A DNA stretch of 64,000 bases, taken from the sequence record SRR20825019_638; one strand, written 5' to 3'. The translations under genes were made by a program, and so were the position numbers. A model generated the notes under the pieces. The model was given only the letters and a program-made list of their open reading frames with translations. It was not told where the DNA came from and made no database searches. Each line of letters starts with the position of its first letter. The first letter of the stretch is position 1. Positions 38,910 to 48,957 of the stretch are shown piece by piece.

Positions 38910-40406
38910 ATGGAGTACTTTATCAATTGTAATTCCTCAACCTTGGCGCCGTACACAACTCCATTGGACGAGGTACGTGCCGCCCACTTGTACCGAAGGC
39001 TCGGTTTTAGTGCCTCTGTGCAGACCATTAATGCCGCTGTTGGACAATCGGCCGACGCCCTTGTAGACAACTTGGTCAATCAAGCACTCGCCGCCCCAAC
39101 GATTCCTGCACCGGAATGGGCAGATTGGAACAATGCAAACTATCCGGCCGACGATGACCTTGCCCGGCAAATGAGAAACGGCCAAATCGATGACCTTACG
39201 ACGGCTTACGGTAACGCTCTCGTTAACAATGAGTTGCTGGACAGACTCAGTTTCTTCTGGAGCAACCACTTTGTCACACAATTGGAAACTTATAACTGTC
39301 CTGGGTTCTTGTACTATTACATCAATTGCTTGCAACGCAATGCCCTGGGAAACTTTAAGACATTCACCAGTGAAATTGGGCTTACCAGTGCCATGCTCTA
39401 TTATTTGGACGGTGTACGAAACCGAGGAAACAATCCCAATGAGAATTATGCCCGTGAACTATACGAGCTTTTCACCTTGGGAGAAGGGAACAATTACACG
39501 GAAGAAGACATCATTGAGACGTCCAAAGCCCTGTCCGGATATACCGAACGTGGTGAAGAGGGATGTACTGCGGTTACCTTTGACCCCACTGAGTTCAATA
39601 CGGAGAACAAAACCATATTCGGGCAAACTGGAAATTGGGGCTACGACGATGTAATGGATATTCTTTTTAATGAAAGACCGGATGAGATAGGATGGTTTAT
39701 CTGTAAAAAATTATACGAGTTCTTTGTCCACCCAGATTCTACTAATGATGAAGGTGGAATTGCCCCACAGATTATCGATGGTATGGCCCAGACCTTTATC
39801 AGCAGTGGGTTTGAAATTGCCCCAGTACTTCGACAACTGTTTAAAAGTCAGCACTTTTTTGATGAAACCGCCATCGGGGTCATTATTAAAAGTCCGGCGG
39901 ATCTGTATTTCAACCTTTTGAAAGAAACAGGGTTCACTTACGATGACATGACCATTATTAACATTATAGATTCATGTGCATTGATCGGACAACGATTTTT
40001 TCAGCCTCCCGAAGTGGAAGGTTGGCAACGGGACCGAACTTGGATCAACACCAATTTCTTTATAGGTCGATGGTTGACCGTAGAGTTCTACTTGCAACGT
40101 TTTTACCAGAACAACCCAGAACAGTTCAGAGACTTGGGCTTGGAGCTTTCGGGCAATGCTGGACTTACAAGTAATAACCCTGATGAAGTTGCAAAACCCA
40201 TTATTGAAAAATTTGTGCCTAAAGGTTTGTTGACCGAAACAGACTATCAAAGGGCATATCTTGCATTTAGGAGCGATGTAGACGTTAATTATTATGAAGG
40301 TGGGACAACTCCTTCATGGACTTTACTTGGATGGGAAACAGGGCCTTCACAGGTATATCTTTTACTCCGTCACTTATCCAGAGAACCCGAATTTCAACTC
40401 AAATAA
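38910..40406 (+). CDS. DUF1800 family protein
   Basis: AAHLYRRLGF, FWSNHF, MLYYLD, NENYARELYELFTLG, PP.VEGW, PEFQL. Confidence 0.92.
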   Translation: MEYFINCNSSTLAPYTTPLDEVRAAHLYRRLGFSASVQTINAAVGQSADALVDNLVNQALAAPTIPAPEWADWNNANYPADDDLARQMRNGQIDDLTTAYGNALVNNELLDRLSFFWSNHFVTQLETYNCPGFLYYYINCLQRNALGNFKTFTSEIGLTSAMLYYLDGVRNRGNNPNENYARELYELFTLGEGNNYTEEDIIETSKALSGYTERGEEGCTAVTFDPTEFNTENKTIFGQTGNWGYDDVMDILFNERPDEIGWFICKKLYEFFVHPDSTNDEGGIAPQIIDGMAQTFISSGFEIAPVLRQLFKSQHFFDETAIGVIIKSPADLYFNLLKETGFTYDDMTIINIIDSCALIGQRFFQPPEVEGWQRDRTWINTNFFIGRWLTVEFYLQRFYQNNPEQFRDLGLELSGNAGLTSNNPDEVAKPIIEKFVPKGLLTETDYQRAYLAFRSDVDVNYYEGGTTPSWTLLGWETGPSQVYLLLRHLSREPEFQLK

Positions 40407-40416
40407 CCCCATCACC

Positions 40417-42135
40417 ATGTGCGACAATCACCACACCCACGATAATTCCCCTCACAAAGGCATCGAGCACGATGGCCACGATCTAGAACATAAAAAATGG
40501 AGCCGACGTTCCTTTATCCAAGCTCTGGGCATAGCAGGTTCTGGTTCCATGTTTTTGGGCAGCCATTTTATTTCGGCCTCCTCACCTTCACCGCTTACAG
40601 CTGCCGTAGCTGCCGCGGAAACGGACAATATTCTGATTCTCATCCGACTATCTGGCGGAAACGACGGACTTAGTACCGTAATCCCGATCCAACAATATGA
40701 TACGTATGCGAATGCAAGGCCCAACATCTACATCCCAGAAAGCAAGGTCTTAAAACTTACCGACGATTTTGGGGTGCCCACTTACATGAGCGCCCTGGAA
40801 TCCCTTTGGGGGAATGGCCAGTTCAAGGCTGTGCATGGAGTAGGTTATGAAAATCAAAGTCTATCCCACTTTACCGGCTCCGATATTTTTGCCAATACGG
40901 ATTTGACTACGACCGGGTTTTCAGGAGAAAATACAGGATGGATGGGCAGACATTTTGAGGAACTTTATCCCGATTATTTGATTACTCCTCCACCTGCTCC
41001 CGCTGCCATTCAAATCGGAAACTTGGCAAACATGATTTTCCAAGGTGAAGAAACCAACTATGCCTTCGTGACCAATAATGTGGACCAGTTGGAACAAATT
41101 GCGGAAACCGGTGCTTTCTATGAAATCGAGAATGCTCCTTTTGACAACTGTATGTATGGCGACCAACTCCGTTTTTTGCGAGGTGTTGCCAATACAACCT
41201 ACGAATATGCAGGCACCATTCACGATGCCTACATGAGGGGACAGAACCAAGTAGAATATCAGGACAATGGCTTTGCTCGTCAATTGGCCCTCTTGGCCCG
41301 TTTGATCAAAGGAAACTTGGGCACCAAGGTGTATATGATCTCTTTGGGAGGTTTTGATACCCACGGTAATCAGCCCATTGTACACGAACGTTTGATGTCC
41401 AATCTTTCCATTGCCATCAATAATTTCTATGAAGATTTGGCATTCACCGAGCAAGATGATAATGTCCTCAGCATGACCTTTTCCGAGTTTGGTCGACGCA
41501 TCTTTGAAAACGGCTCCAATGGTACCGACCATGGAAAAGCTGCCCCTACCCTGTTCTTCGGTTCTGGATTGAGCGGAAGTGCCTTTGTAGGCGAACATCC
41601 ATCGTTGGACGAACCCAATAACCGTGGTAACTTGGAATACACCATGGATTTCAGGAACCTTTATGGCACCGTATTGGCCGAGTGGCTATGTGTACCAAGG
41701 CAAACCGTTGAGCAGCATTTATTGGGCCATCCCTATCAGGCCATCGACCTTGGCTTTAACTGTAGTGGCGAAACCTTTGATGACATTGCCATGGACAACG
41801 ACCCGCCCACACTACCGGAAACACCACCAAGCCAAGACCCCAATAACCCAGATATAGATATTTTGGATGGCATACAACATGCAGCCATATATCCAGCAAC
41901 ATCTCCACGGAACCCACATATTCATTTAGAAATGCCGGTTGCCGCACATGTGGACATTGAACTGTTCAATATTTTGGGGCAACGTGTTGGCACCTTGTTC
42001 AATGAAATGATGATGGAAGGTCCAATCGACATCAATATACGGGAGCGTATGCGAGATAGCCTATCCACAGGAAAATATATTTATAGAATCTCCGTAGGAG
42101 AAAAAAAGATGAGCAAATCAGTAATGATTGCGTAA
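40417..42135 (+). CDS. DUF1501 family protein with twin-arginine signal and C-terminal T9SS type A-like domain
   Basis: SRRSFIQ; LSGGNDGL, SHF, GGFDTH, SEFGRR..NGSNGTDHG, DFR; C-terminal FNILGQ..LSTGKYIY..K. Confidence 0.9.
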   Translation: MCDNHHTHDNSPHKGIEHDGHDLEHKKWSRRSFIQALGIAGSGSMFLGSHFISASSPSPLTAAVAAAETDNILILIRLSGGNDGLSTVIPIQQYDTYANARPNIYIPESKVLKLTDDFGVPTYMSALESLWGNGQFKAVHGVGYENQSLSHFTGSDIFANTDLTTTGFSGENTGWMGRHFEELYPDYLITPPPAPAAIQIGNLANMIFQGEETNYAFVTNNVDQLEQIAETGAFYEIENAPFDNCMYGDQLRFLRGVANTTYEYAGTIHDAYMRGQNQVEYQDNGFARQLALLARLIKGNLGTKVYMISLGGFDTHGNQPIVHERLMSNLSIAINNFYEDLAFTEQDDNVLSMTFSEFGRRIFENGSNGTDHGKAAPTLFFGSGLSGSAFVGEHPSLDEPNNRGNLEYTMDFRNLYGTVLAEWLCVPRQTVEQHLLGHPYQAIDLGFNCSGETFDDIAMDNDPPTLPETPPSQDPNNPDIDILDGIQHAAIYPATSPRNPHIHLEMPVAAHVDIELFNILGQRVGTLFNEMMMEGPIDINIRERMRDSLSTGKYIYRISVGEKKMSKSVMIA

Positions 42136-42164
42136 GAAGCGGGACACTTTGATATCCATTATTT

Positions 42165-42229
42165 CGAAGCCCTTCGGTAATGCACCCCTCACCCCAAATA
42201 GGGTCGCATTTCCAAGGGTTTCGTTTTTT
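42165..42229 (+). terminator. long imperfect hairpin plus T-run after the DUF1501 gene
   Basis: CGAAGCCCTT..AATGC.ACCC / GGGT.GCATT..AAGGGTTTCG followed by TTTTTT. Confidence 0.7.
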
Positions 42230-42277
42230 GTGTGTATCCCGTTAAAATCAGTATTTTTGGGGCCTAATTAGATTTAA

Positions 42278-44380
42278 ATGGCTCAAAATACTTCACCTTC
42301 CAGATACACTATTACTGCGGCACTGCCCTACACCAACGGTCCTATCCATATTGGGCACTTGGCCGGCGTATACGTTCCTGCAGACATTTACTCCCGTTAT
42401 TTACGGTTAAAAGGCAACGATGTGGCCTTTGTCTGCGGTAGCGACGAGCACGGTGTGGCCATCTCCATGAAGGCCAAAAAAGAAGGTGTCACCCCAAAAG
42501 AAATCATAGACAAGTACCACAGCATCATCAAAAAATCGTTTGCTGATTTTGGTATTTCTTTTGACAATTACTCCAGAACTTCAGCCAAAGTTCATCACGA
42601 AACTGCTTCCGAATTTTTCAAAAAAATGTATGAGCAGGGTGACTTTATCGAAGAGGAGACCGAACAATTGTACGATGATGAGGCCAAACAGTTTTTGGCA
42701 GACCGATTTGTCATTGGAACCTGCCCCAAATGCGGACACGAAGAAGCCTATGGCGACCAATGTGAAAACTGTGGCTCCTCTTTAAATGCTACGGACCTTA
42801 TCCATCCAAAATCCACCATAACCGGAACAGTTCCTTCTTTAAAAAAGACAAAACATTGGTTTTTGCCTTTGGACCGCTATGAAGGATTCCTGAAAAAATG
42901 GATTCTAGAAGAACATAAATCCGATTGGAAACCCAATGTGTACGGACAATGTAAATCTTGGATAGATGAAGGCTTGAAGCCTAGAGCTGTCACTCGCGAT
43001 TTGGATTGGGGCATTCCCGTACCTGTTGCTGGTGGGGAAGGCAAAGTACTTTATGTATGGTTCGATGCGCCCATCGGCTACATTTCATCCACCAAGGAGT
43101 GGGCCGAACGTGAAGGTAAAGATTGGGAACCGTATTGGAAAGATGAAAGTACCAAATTGGTACATTTTATCGGTAAGGATAATATTGTGTTCCACTGTAT
43201 TATCTTCCCAAGTATGTTAAAGGCCAATGGTGATTTTATTTTGCCTGACAATGTGCCTGCCAATGAGTTTCTGAACCTTGAGGGCAACAAACTTTCCACC
43301 TCCAAAAACTGGGCGGTTTGGTTGCACGAGTATTTGGAAGAGTTCCCGGATATGCAGGATGTACTTCGTTATGCGTTGACGGCAAATGCACCGGAGACTA
43401 AGGATAACGATTTTACGTGGAAGGATTTCCAGGCGAGAAACAACAACGAACTCGTAGCCATTTTTGGAAACTTTGTGAACCGAGTGGCTGTGCTGACGCA
43501 TAAATATTATGATGGAGTTGTGCCAGCACCGGCTGAATTCAAAGCTGTTGACAAAGAAGCCTTGGAAGCGCTGAAAGCGTTTCCGGATACCCTTTCCACA
43601 TCATTGGAACGCTACCGTTTCCGCGAAGCCAGTCAGGAATTGATGAACTTGGCCAGATTGGGCAACAAATATTTGGCAGATCAAGAACCGTGGAAATTGA
43701 TAAAAACCGATGAAGAGCGCGTCAAGACCATTATGTTCGTGGCGCTTCAGATTGCGACGGGATTGGCAGTGCTTAGTGAGCCATTTTTACCTTTTACTTC
43801 GGAGAAATTAAAAGGAATTCTCAATGTCATTTCGAACGAAGGTGAGAAATCTATCGAATGGGATGATGTTAGTTTAAAAGAAACCTTACTTTCAGCAGGA
43901 CACACCATCAACAAAAGCGAACTGCTCTTCAGAAAAATCGAGGACACCGAAATTCAACAACAACTGGATAAATTGGAAGCCACTAAAAAAGCAAATGCTT
44001 CGACTACGCTCAGCACAAGTGCAATGGATAAAGAAGCATCTCCGCTCAAAGACACTATCACTTTTGATGACTTTGCTAAACTTGACTTGCGGGTCGGAAC
44101 CATTATCGAAGCCGAAAAAATGCCCAAAGCCGATAAACTTTTGATTTTAAAGGTAGACATGGGACTTGATACCCGGACCATTGTATCCGGTATTGCCAAT
44201 AGCTTTACACCCGAGGACATTGTGGGCAAAAAAGTAACCGTTGTTGCTAATTTGGCCCCTCGTAAACTACGTGGTGTGGAAAGTCAAGGTATGATTTTGA
44301 TGACGGAAAATAAAAATGGTAAATTAGTTTTTGTCAACCCGGACGAACAAGACGTCACGAACGGGGAAACCATTAACTAA
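42278..44380 (+). CDS. metG: methionine--tRNA ligase with C-terminal tRNA-binding domain and repeat-derived insertions
   Basis: [17 protein letters not shown], zinc knuckle CPKC..CENC, YVWFDA, KLSTS; TATTTTTG promoter at 42252-42259. Confidence 0.98.
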   Translation: MAQNTSPSRYTITAALPYTNGPIHIGHLAGVYVPADIYSRYLRLKGNDVAFVCGSDEHGVAISMKAKKEGVTPKEIIDKYHSIIKKSFADFGISFDNYSRTSAKVHHETASEFFKKMYEQGDFIEEETEQLYDDEAKQFLADRFVIGTCPKCGHEEAYGDQCENCGSSLNATDLIHPKSTITGTVPSLKKTKHWFLPLDRYEGFLKKWILEEHKSDWKPNVYGQCKSWIDEGLKPRAVTRDLDWGIPVPVAGGEGKVLYVWFDAPIGYISSTKEWAEREGKDWEPYWKDESTKLVHFIGKDNIVFHCIIFPSMLKANGDFILPDNVPANEFLNLEGNKLSTSKNWAVWLHEYLEEFPDMQDVLRYALTANAPETKDNDFTWKDFQARNNNELVAIFGNFVNRVAVLTHKYYDGVVPAPAEFKAVDKEALEALKAFPDTLSTSLERYRFREASQELMNLARLGNKYLADQEPWKLIKTDEERVKTIMFVALQIATGLAVLSEPFLPFTSEKLKGILNVISNEGEKSIEWDDVSLKETLLSAGHTINKSELLFRKIEDTEIQQQLDKLEATKKANASTTLSTSAMDKEASPLKDTITFDDFAKLDLRVGTIIEAEKMPKADKLLILKVDMGLDTRTIVSGIANSFTPEDIVGKKVTVVANLAPRKLRGVESQGMILMTENKNGKLVFVNPDEQDVTNGETIN
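43825..43852 (+). repeat. REP-like unit in-frame inside metG
   Basis: TGTCATTTCGAACGAAGGTGAGAAATCT, nearly identical to the rc of 10791, 34092 and 35517; encodes VISNEGEKS. Confidence 0.92.
43996..44019 (-). repeat. second REP-like unit in-frame in the metG interdomain linker
   Basis: TGCTTCGACTACGCTCAGCA(CAAG); 14-nt core identical to 26106-26119; encodes ASTTLSTS. Confidence 0.88.
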
Positions 44381-44392
44381 TACAACCTAACG

Positions 44393-45841
44393 ATGAGAAA
44401 AGTATTTCTGGTCCTTACTCTTTTATTTATCAATTTCATTAGTGCTCAGGAAAAATTATTAGAAATATCCAATGATTTAAAAGTAGGTAGCAGAAAGGTA
44501 CATACAGCTTTTACAGTTATCGACGAAGAGACTGGAAATTTTGCGCTATTCTTGGACGATGACAATAAAATGTATGGCTTTTTGTTTTCCCCTTCCTTAA
44601 AATTGATCAACAGGTTTGCCTCTGAAGGACTTCCGAAAAAGTACAACCAAATTATAGGTTATTCCATACTTGATAAAAAGATTCGTCTCTTTTTAAAAGA
44701 TAAAAATGATAAGACTTTCGGAAGTGTCCTGTTTGATTTTGAACAAGGTATCACCCAAGAAACGCTCTATGATTTCAAACTAAAACAGGAGTTTTTCGTA
44801 GAAGGTTACTCCAATGCTTCAAAATTTCATTTGATTACCATCCCGAAAGATAGTAACCTGTTTCATGATTATATTTTTGAAGAGGGCAAAGAATTGGTAA
44901 AGGAAACCATAGACCTATCAAACCAATCCTTTTTGGATGATCAAGGAACTCCAAAAAGCCTCAATACCATTATGGCTACTGGCGGAAATGTTCAAACTAT
45001 AGGAAGCCAATATAGGTTTCAAGTGGATAAAATTGATTCCGAAGCCCCAAATTCTGTTGAAAGCACCAGTAACATTGTAAAAATGTATCCTGGGAAATCT
45101 GGTTTTAAGTTATCGATCGATACGCAAAGGCGTACCTATATCATTGATATTTCAACCCAAGCATTACAGGCTTTGGTCTCTTCTATAGAGAAACCTTATT
45201 TACCGGCAGCGGTTGTAAACTCAAACTCTTTCATCCTTGAAAATAAAATTTATATGATTTCTGCAACAAGTGATGATATGGGATTTTCTGTAAAAACTCT
45301 GGATTCTGGGGAAGAACTGAAAAATATAATTATAACCAAAGATGATGAAATAACCTTCAGCAACACTCCAATTATTCAAGAAGGGGGCATGTATAGCAGT
45401 TACCGGGAAATGGAAAAGACCAGTAAATTTCTAAGAAGGCTCGGAAAGGAAGATATAGGAGTAGCAGTTTCTAAACATAAAGGCAATTATGTGGTCACCA
45501 TGGGTTCCAAAAAAGAAATTTCGAGAGGTGGAGCACCTATGATGATGCCCGGTGTTGGTTTTCCCATGGCATCTGCGGGGGCATTTGCAGTAACCTTTAA
45601 TCCCACCTTTTTTGCCTACGGTAGCTACTCATCCACAAAAGCCACCAGAATTGAATGTTTGTTTGACGAGAATTTTAATCACAAAGAAGGTGAAATTCCC
45701 AAAAATAGCTTCGACCGTATTAAGGAGGCGGCAGACAAGTTTCCTTCCACAGATGCCGAAACAGTATTTCGATTGGACGATTCCTACATTTGGGGATTTT
45801 ACAATAAAAAATTGGACAAATACATGATGTATAAGTTTTAG
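44393..45841 (+). CDS. hypothetical exported protein
   Basis: 482-aa ORF with a Sec signal peptide (..FISAQ); no family recognised. Confidence 0.75.
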   Translation: MRKVFLVLTLLFINFISAQEKLLEISNDLKVGSRKVHTAFTVIDEETGNFALFLDDDNKMYGFLFSPSLKLINRFASEGLPKKYNQIIGYSILDKKIRLFLKDKNDKTFGSVLFDFEQGITQETLYDFKLKQEFFVEGYSNASKFHLITIPKDSNLFHDYIFEEGKELVKETIDLSNQSFLDDQGTPKSLNTIMATGGNVQTIGSQYRFQVDKIDSEAPNSVESTSNIVKMYPGKSGFKLSIDTQRRTYIIDISTQALQALVSSIEKPYLPAAVVNSNSFILENKIYMISATSDDMGFSVKTLDSGEELKNIIITKDDEITFSNTPIIQEGGMYSSYREMEKTSKFLRRLGKEDIGVAVSKHKGNYVVTMGSKKEISRGGAPMMMPGVGFPMASAGAFAVTFNPTFFAYGSYSSTKATRIECLFDENFNHKEGEIPKNSFDRIKEAADKFPSTDAETVFRLDDSYIWGFYNKKLDKYMMYKF

Positions 45842-45893
45842 AAAACGGTTAATCAATCACCCAAATTTATTCTCTATTTAAACCTATTTAGCA

Positions 45894-48026
45894 ATGCAAC
45901 TTGTCCCTTATATTGTCCGGCACACCCATCTTTCGGAGAAAAGTGTGGAGAACACCGTTTCTCTTTTAAACCAAGACTGTACCGTTCCCTTTATTTCGCG
46001 ATACCGAAAAGAACGCACAGGAAATCTGGACGAGGTGCAAATCGGTTCCATTGTGGAGTACAAAGCGCAGTTTGAAGCACTGGAGAAACGAAAATCAGCC
46101 ATCATCAAAGCGGTAAAGGAACAAGATGCGCTAACGCCCGAACTGGAATCCAAATTTCAGAACTGCACCGACCTGACCAGTTTGGAAGATTTATATCTCC
46201 CATTCAAGAAGAGCAAAAAGACCAAGGCCGAGACCGCAAGAAAAAATGGATTGGAGCCTTTGGCCAAGATCATTATGGCACAACGAAGCGATGAAATTGA
46301 ATACATTGCCTCCAAATACCTCAACAAGGACGTTATCAATGAAGATGAAGCCCTTGAGGGTGCCCGCCATATTATTTCCGAATGGATCAATGAGCGTACC
46401 GATATCCGTAACCAATTACGAGGACAGTTAGAGCGGCACGCCTTGATTACCACCAAGGTCGTCAAAACCAAAAAGGAAGATGAAAAGGCTCAAAAATTCC
46501 GTGACTATTTTGATTGGAGCGAACCGTTGGACAGATGCCCTTCTCACCGCTTTTTGGCTATTATGCGAGCTGAAAAAGAAGGTTTTATCCGAGTAAAAAT
46601 CGAAATAGATAACGAAAGAGCTATCCAAAATATGGAACGGCGCTTGATCAAAACCAACAATGCGTGTGCGGAACAGATTGAATTGGCCATAGCCGATGCC
46701 TACAAAAGACTTTTGTTGCCATCCTTGTCCAATGAACTTTTAAAAGTGGCCAAAGAAAAAGCAGATGCTTCGGCCATTCAGGTTTTCTCCAAAAATCTGA
46801 AGCAACTATTGCTCGGTGCCCCACTCGGTGAAAAACGCATCTTGGCCATTGACCCCGGTTTTAGGACCGGCTGCAAAGTGGTTTGTCTGGACGAGCAAGG
46901 CGATTTAAAGCACAACGAAACCATTTATCCCCATCCACCACAGCGTGATACTTCAGGAGCCATCAAAAAAATAAGTTCGTTGGTAGATGCCTATAAAATT
47001 GAGGCCATCGCCATAGGCAACGGAACGGCATCCCGAGAAACCGAGCAGTTGGTAAAGCGGGTTGCGTTCAAAAAACCGATTGAAGTGTTTATCGTGAGTG
47101 AAGCAGGGGCATCCATTTACTCTGCATCAAAAATTGCACGGGACGAATTCCCCAATTATGACGTGACGGTACGGGGAGCTGTATCGATCGGTCGTCGTTT
47201 GGCAGACCCTTTGGCCGAATTGGTAAAAATTGATGCAAAATCCATTGGCGTTGGACAATACCAGCACGATGTGGACCAGATTCAATTAAAGACATCTTTG
47301 GACACGGTAGTGGAAAGCTGTGTAAATTCCGTTGGGGTCAACATCAACACGGCAAGTGTACCCCTTTTAAGTTATGTTTCCGGTATTGGGCCCAAACTTG
47401 CGGAAAATATTGTGGCCCATCGTAACGAAAAGGGAGCCTTCAAAAGCAGGGAAGAAATTAAAAACGTACCTCGACTGGGCGGAAAAGCTTTTGAGCAAAG
47501 TGCAGGGTTTTTACGCATCAAAAATGGTGATAATCCATTGGATGATTCAGCGGTGCACCCCGAGAGTTATAACTTGGTGTCGAAAATGGCGAAGGACCTA
47601 GGTGTTTCTCTAAAAGAAATCGTAGGGAACACATCCGCCCTTAAGGGCATCAACCTAAAATCTTACTGCACCGAATCCATCGGGATGCCTACGTTGGAGG
47701 ATATTTTAAAGGAATTGGAAAAACCAGGATTGGACCTTCGCGAAAAGGCGAAGGTGTTCACCTTCAACCAAAATATAAAAGAGATTACCGATTTGCGCGA
47801 AGGGCAATTGCTGCCCGGGATTGTCAATAACATTACCAATTTTGGCTGTTTTGTGGATATTGGAATCAAGGAAAGTGGACTCATCCACATTTCCAACCTA
47901 TCGGATACTTTTGTAAAGGATGTCAACGAACACGTAAGCCTGCATCAACAGGTGGTGGTTAAAGTCTTGGATGTGAACGTGGCAAGAAAGCGCATACAGT
48001 TGGCATTGCATAAACAAGGTGCCTAA
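45894..48026 (+). CDS. tex: Tex family RNA-binding transcriptional accessory protein
   Basis: TVPFISRYRKE, DPGFRTGCK, EAGASIYSAS, IGVGQYQHD, C-terminal S1 domain. Confidence 0.95.
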   Translation: MQLVPYIVRHTHLSEKSVENTVSLLNQDCTVPFISRYRKERTGNLDEVQIGSIVEYKAQFEALEKRKSAIIKAVKEQDALTPELESKFQNCTDLTSLEDLYLPFKKSKKTKAETARKNGLEPLAKIIMAQRSDEIEYIASKYLNKDVINEDEALEGARHIISEWINERTDIRNQLRGQLERHALITTKVVKTKKEDEKAQKFRDYFDWSEPLDRCPSHRFLAIMRAEKEGFIRVKIEIDNERAIQNMERRLIKTNNACAEQIELAIADAYKRLLLPSLSNELLKVAKEKADASAIQVFSKNLKQLLLGAPLGEKRILAIDPGFRTGCKVVCLDEQGDLKHNETIYPHPPQRDTSGAIKKISSLVDAYKIEAIAIGNGTASRETEQLVKRVAFKKPIEVFIVSEAGASIYSASKIARDEFPNYDVTVRGAVSIGRRLADPLAELVKIDAKSIGVGQYQHDVDQIQLKTSLDTVVESCVNSVGVNINTASVPLLSYVSGIGPKLAENIVAHRNEKGAFKSREEIKNVPRLGGKAFEQSAGFLRIKNGDNPLDDSAVHPESYNLVSKMAKDLGVSLKEIVGNTSALKGINLKSYCTESIGMPTLEDILKELEKPGLDLREKAKVFTFNQNIKEITDLREGQLLPGIVNNITNFGCFVDIGIKESGLIHISNLSDTFVKDVNEHVSLHQQVVVKVLDVNVARKRIQLALHKQGA

Positions 48027-48928
48027 TGCTCAAGATTGCCTATCATCCCATTTACAAACACCCATTGCCCGTAGGTCATCGATTTCCCATGATCAAATAC
48101 GAATTGCTCCCACAGCAATTGTTGTATGAGGGCACTTGCACGGAGGATAACTTTTTTGAGCCTTCCTTTCCAGAGGACCGTCATATTTTAGCGGCCCACG
48201 ATGAAGAATATTATCGAAATCTGGTTGGTTTGCAACTATCCAAGAGAGAAGCAAGAAAGATAGGTTTCCCTTTGAGCGAGGCACTCGTGAAACGCGAACG
48301 CATTATTGCGGATGGCACCATTAAAGGTTGCCATTTTGCCCTTGAAAATGGTATTGCCATGAACATCGCAGGGGGAACGCACCATGCTTACTCCGACCGG
48401 GGCGAAGCTTTTTGCATGTTGAACGACCAAGCCATCGGTGCTCGCTATCTTTTGAATCAAAAATTGGCAAAAAAGATATTGATTGTAGATTTGGATGTGC
48501 ATCAGGGCAATGGTACGGCCGAAATCTTCCAGACCGACCATTCTGTTTTTACTTTTTCCATGCACGGCAAAGGCAATTATCCCTTCAAAAAGGAAACATC
48601 GGACCTTGACGTTCCTTTGGAAAAAGGCACTACGGATGATGAATATCTTTCCATTCTAAAAAAGACATTACCCGAATTATTGGAACAAGTCCGTCCCGAT
48701 TTTATCTTTTATCTCTGTGGTGTGGATGTACTGGAGTCGGATAAACTCGGAACATTGTCGATGACATTGGAAGGATGTAAGGAACGGGACCGCATTGTGC
48801 TTCAAACTTGCAATGATGCCCAAATACCTGTTCAATGCAGCATGGGTGGCGGTTATTCTCCTGATATCAAAATAATTGTTGAGGCACATGCTAATACTTT
48901 TCGGTTGGCACAAGATATTTATGAGTAA
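48026..48928 (+). CDS. histone deacetylase family protein
   Basis: HRFP, GGTHHA, DLDVHQGNGT, D.LG, GGGY. Confidence 0.94.
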   Translation: MLKIAYHPIYKHPLPVGHRFPMIKYELLPQQLLYEGTCTEDNFFEPSFPEDRHILAAHDEEYYRNLVGLQLSKREARKIGFPLSEALVKRERIIADGTIKGCHFALENGIAMNIAGGTHHAYSDRGEAFCMLNDQAIGARYLLNQKLAKKILIVDLDVHQGNGTAEIFQTDHSVFTFSMHGKGNYPFKKETSDLDVPLEKGTTDDEYLSILKKTLPELLEQVRPDFIFYLCGVDVLESDKLGTLSMTLEGCKERDRIVLQTCNDAQIPVQCSMGGGYSPDIKIIVEAHANTFRLAQDIYE

Positions 48929-48957
48929 TTTTGCCGACTATTTTTGTTTATAACCTC

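Noticed and set aside
40294-40416. Longer DUF1501 start overlapping DUF1800
   Set aside because: It would overlap the upstream gene by more than 100 nt and bury the Tat motif; the ATG at 40417 fits better.
28217-41598. Long antisense ORFs (28217-29068, 32870-33511, 40921-41598 and similar)
   Set aside because: They are shadows of well-supported genes on the opposite strand with no recognisable motifs.
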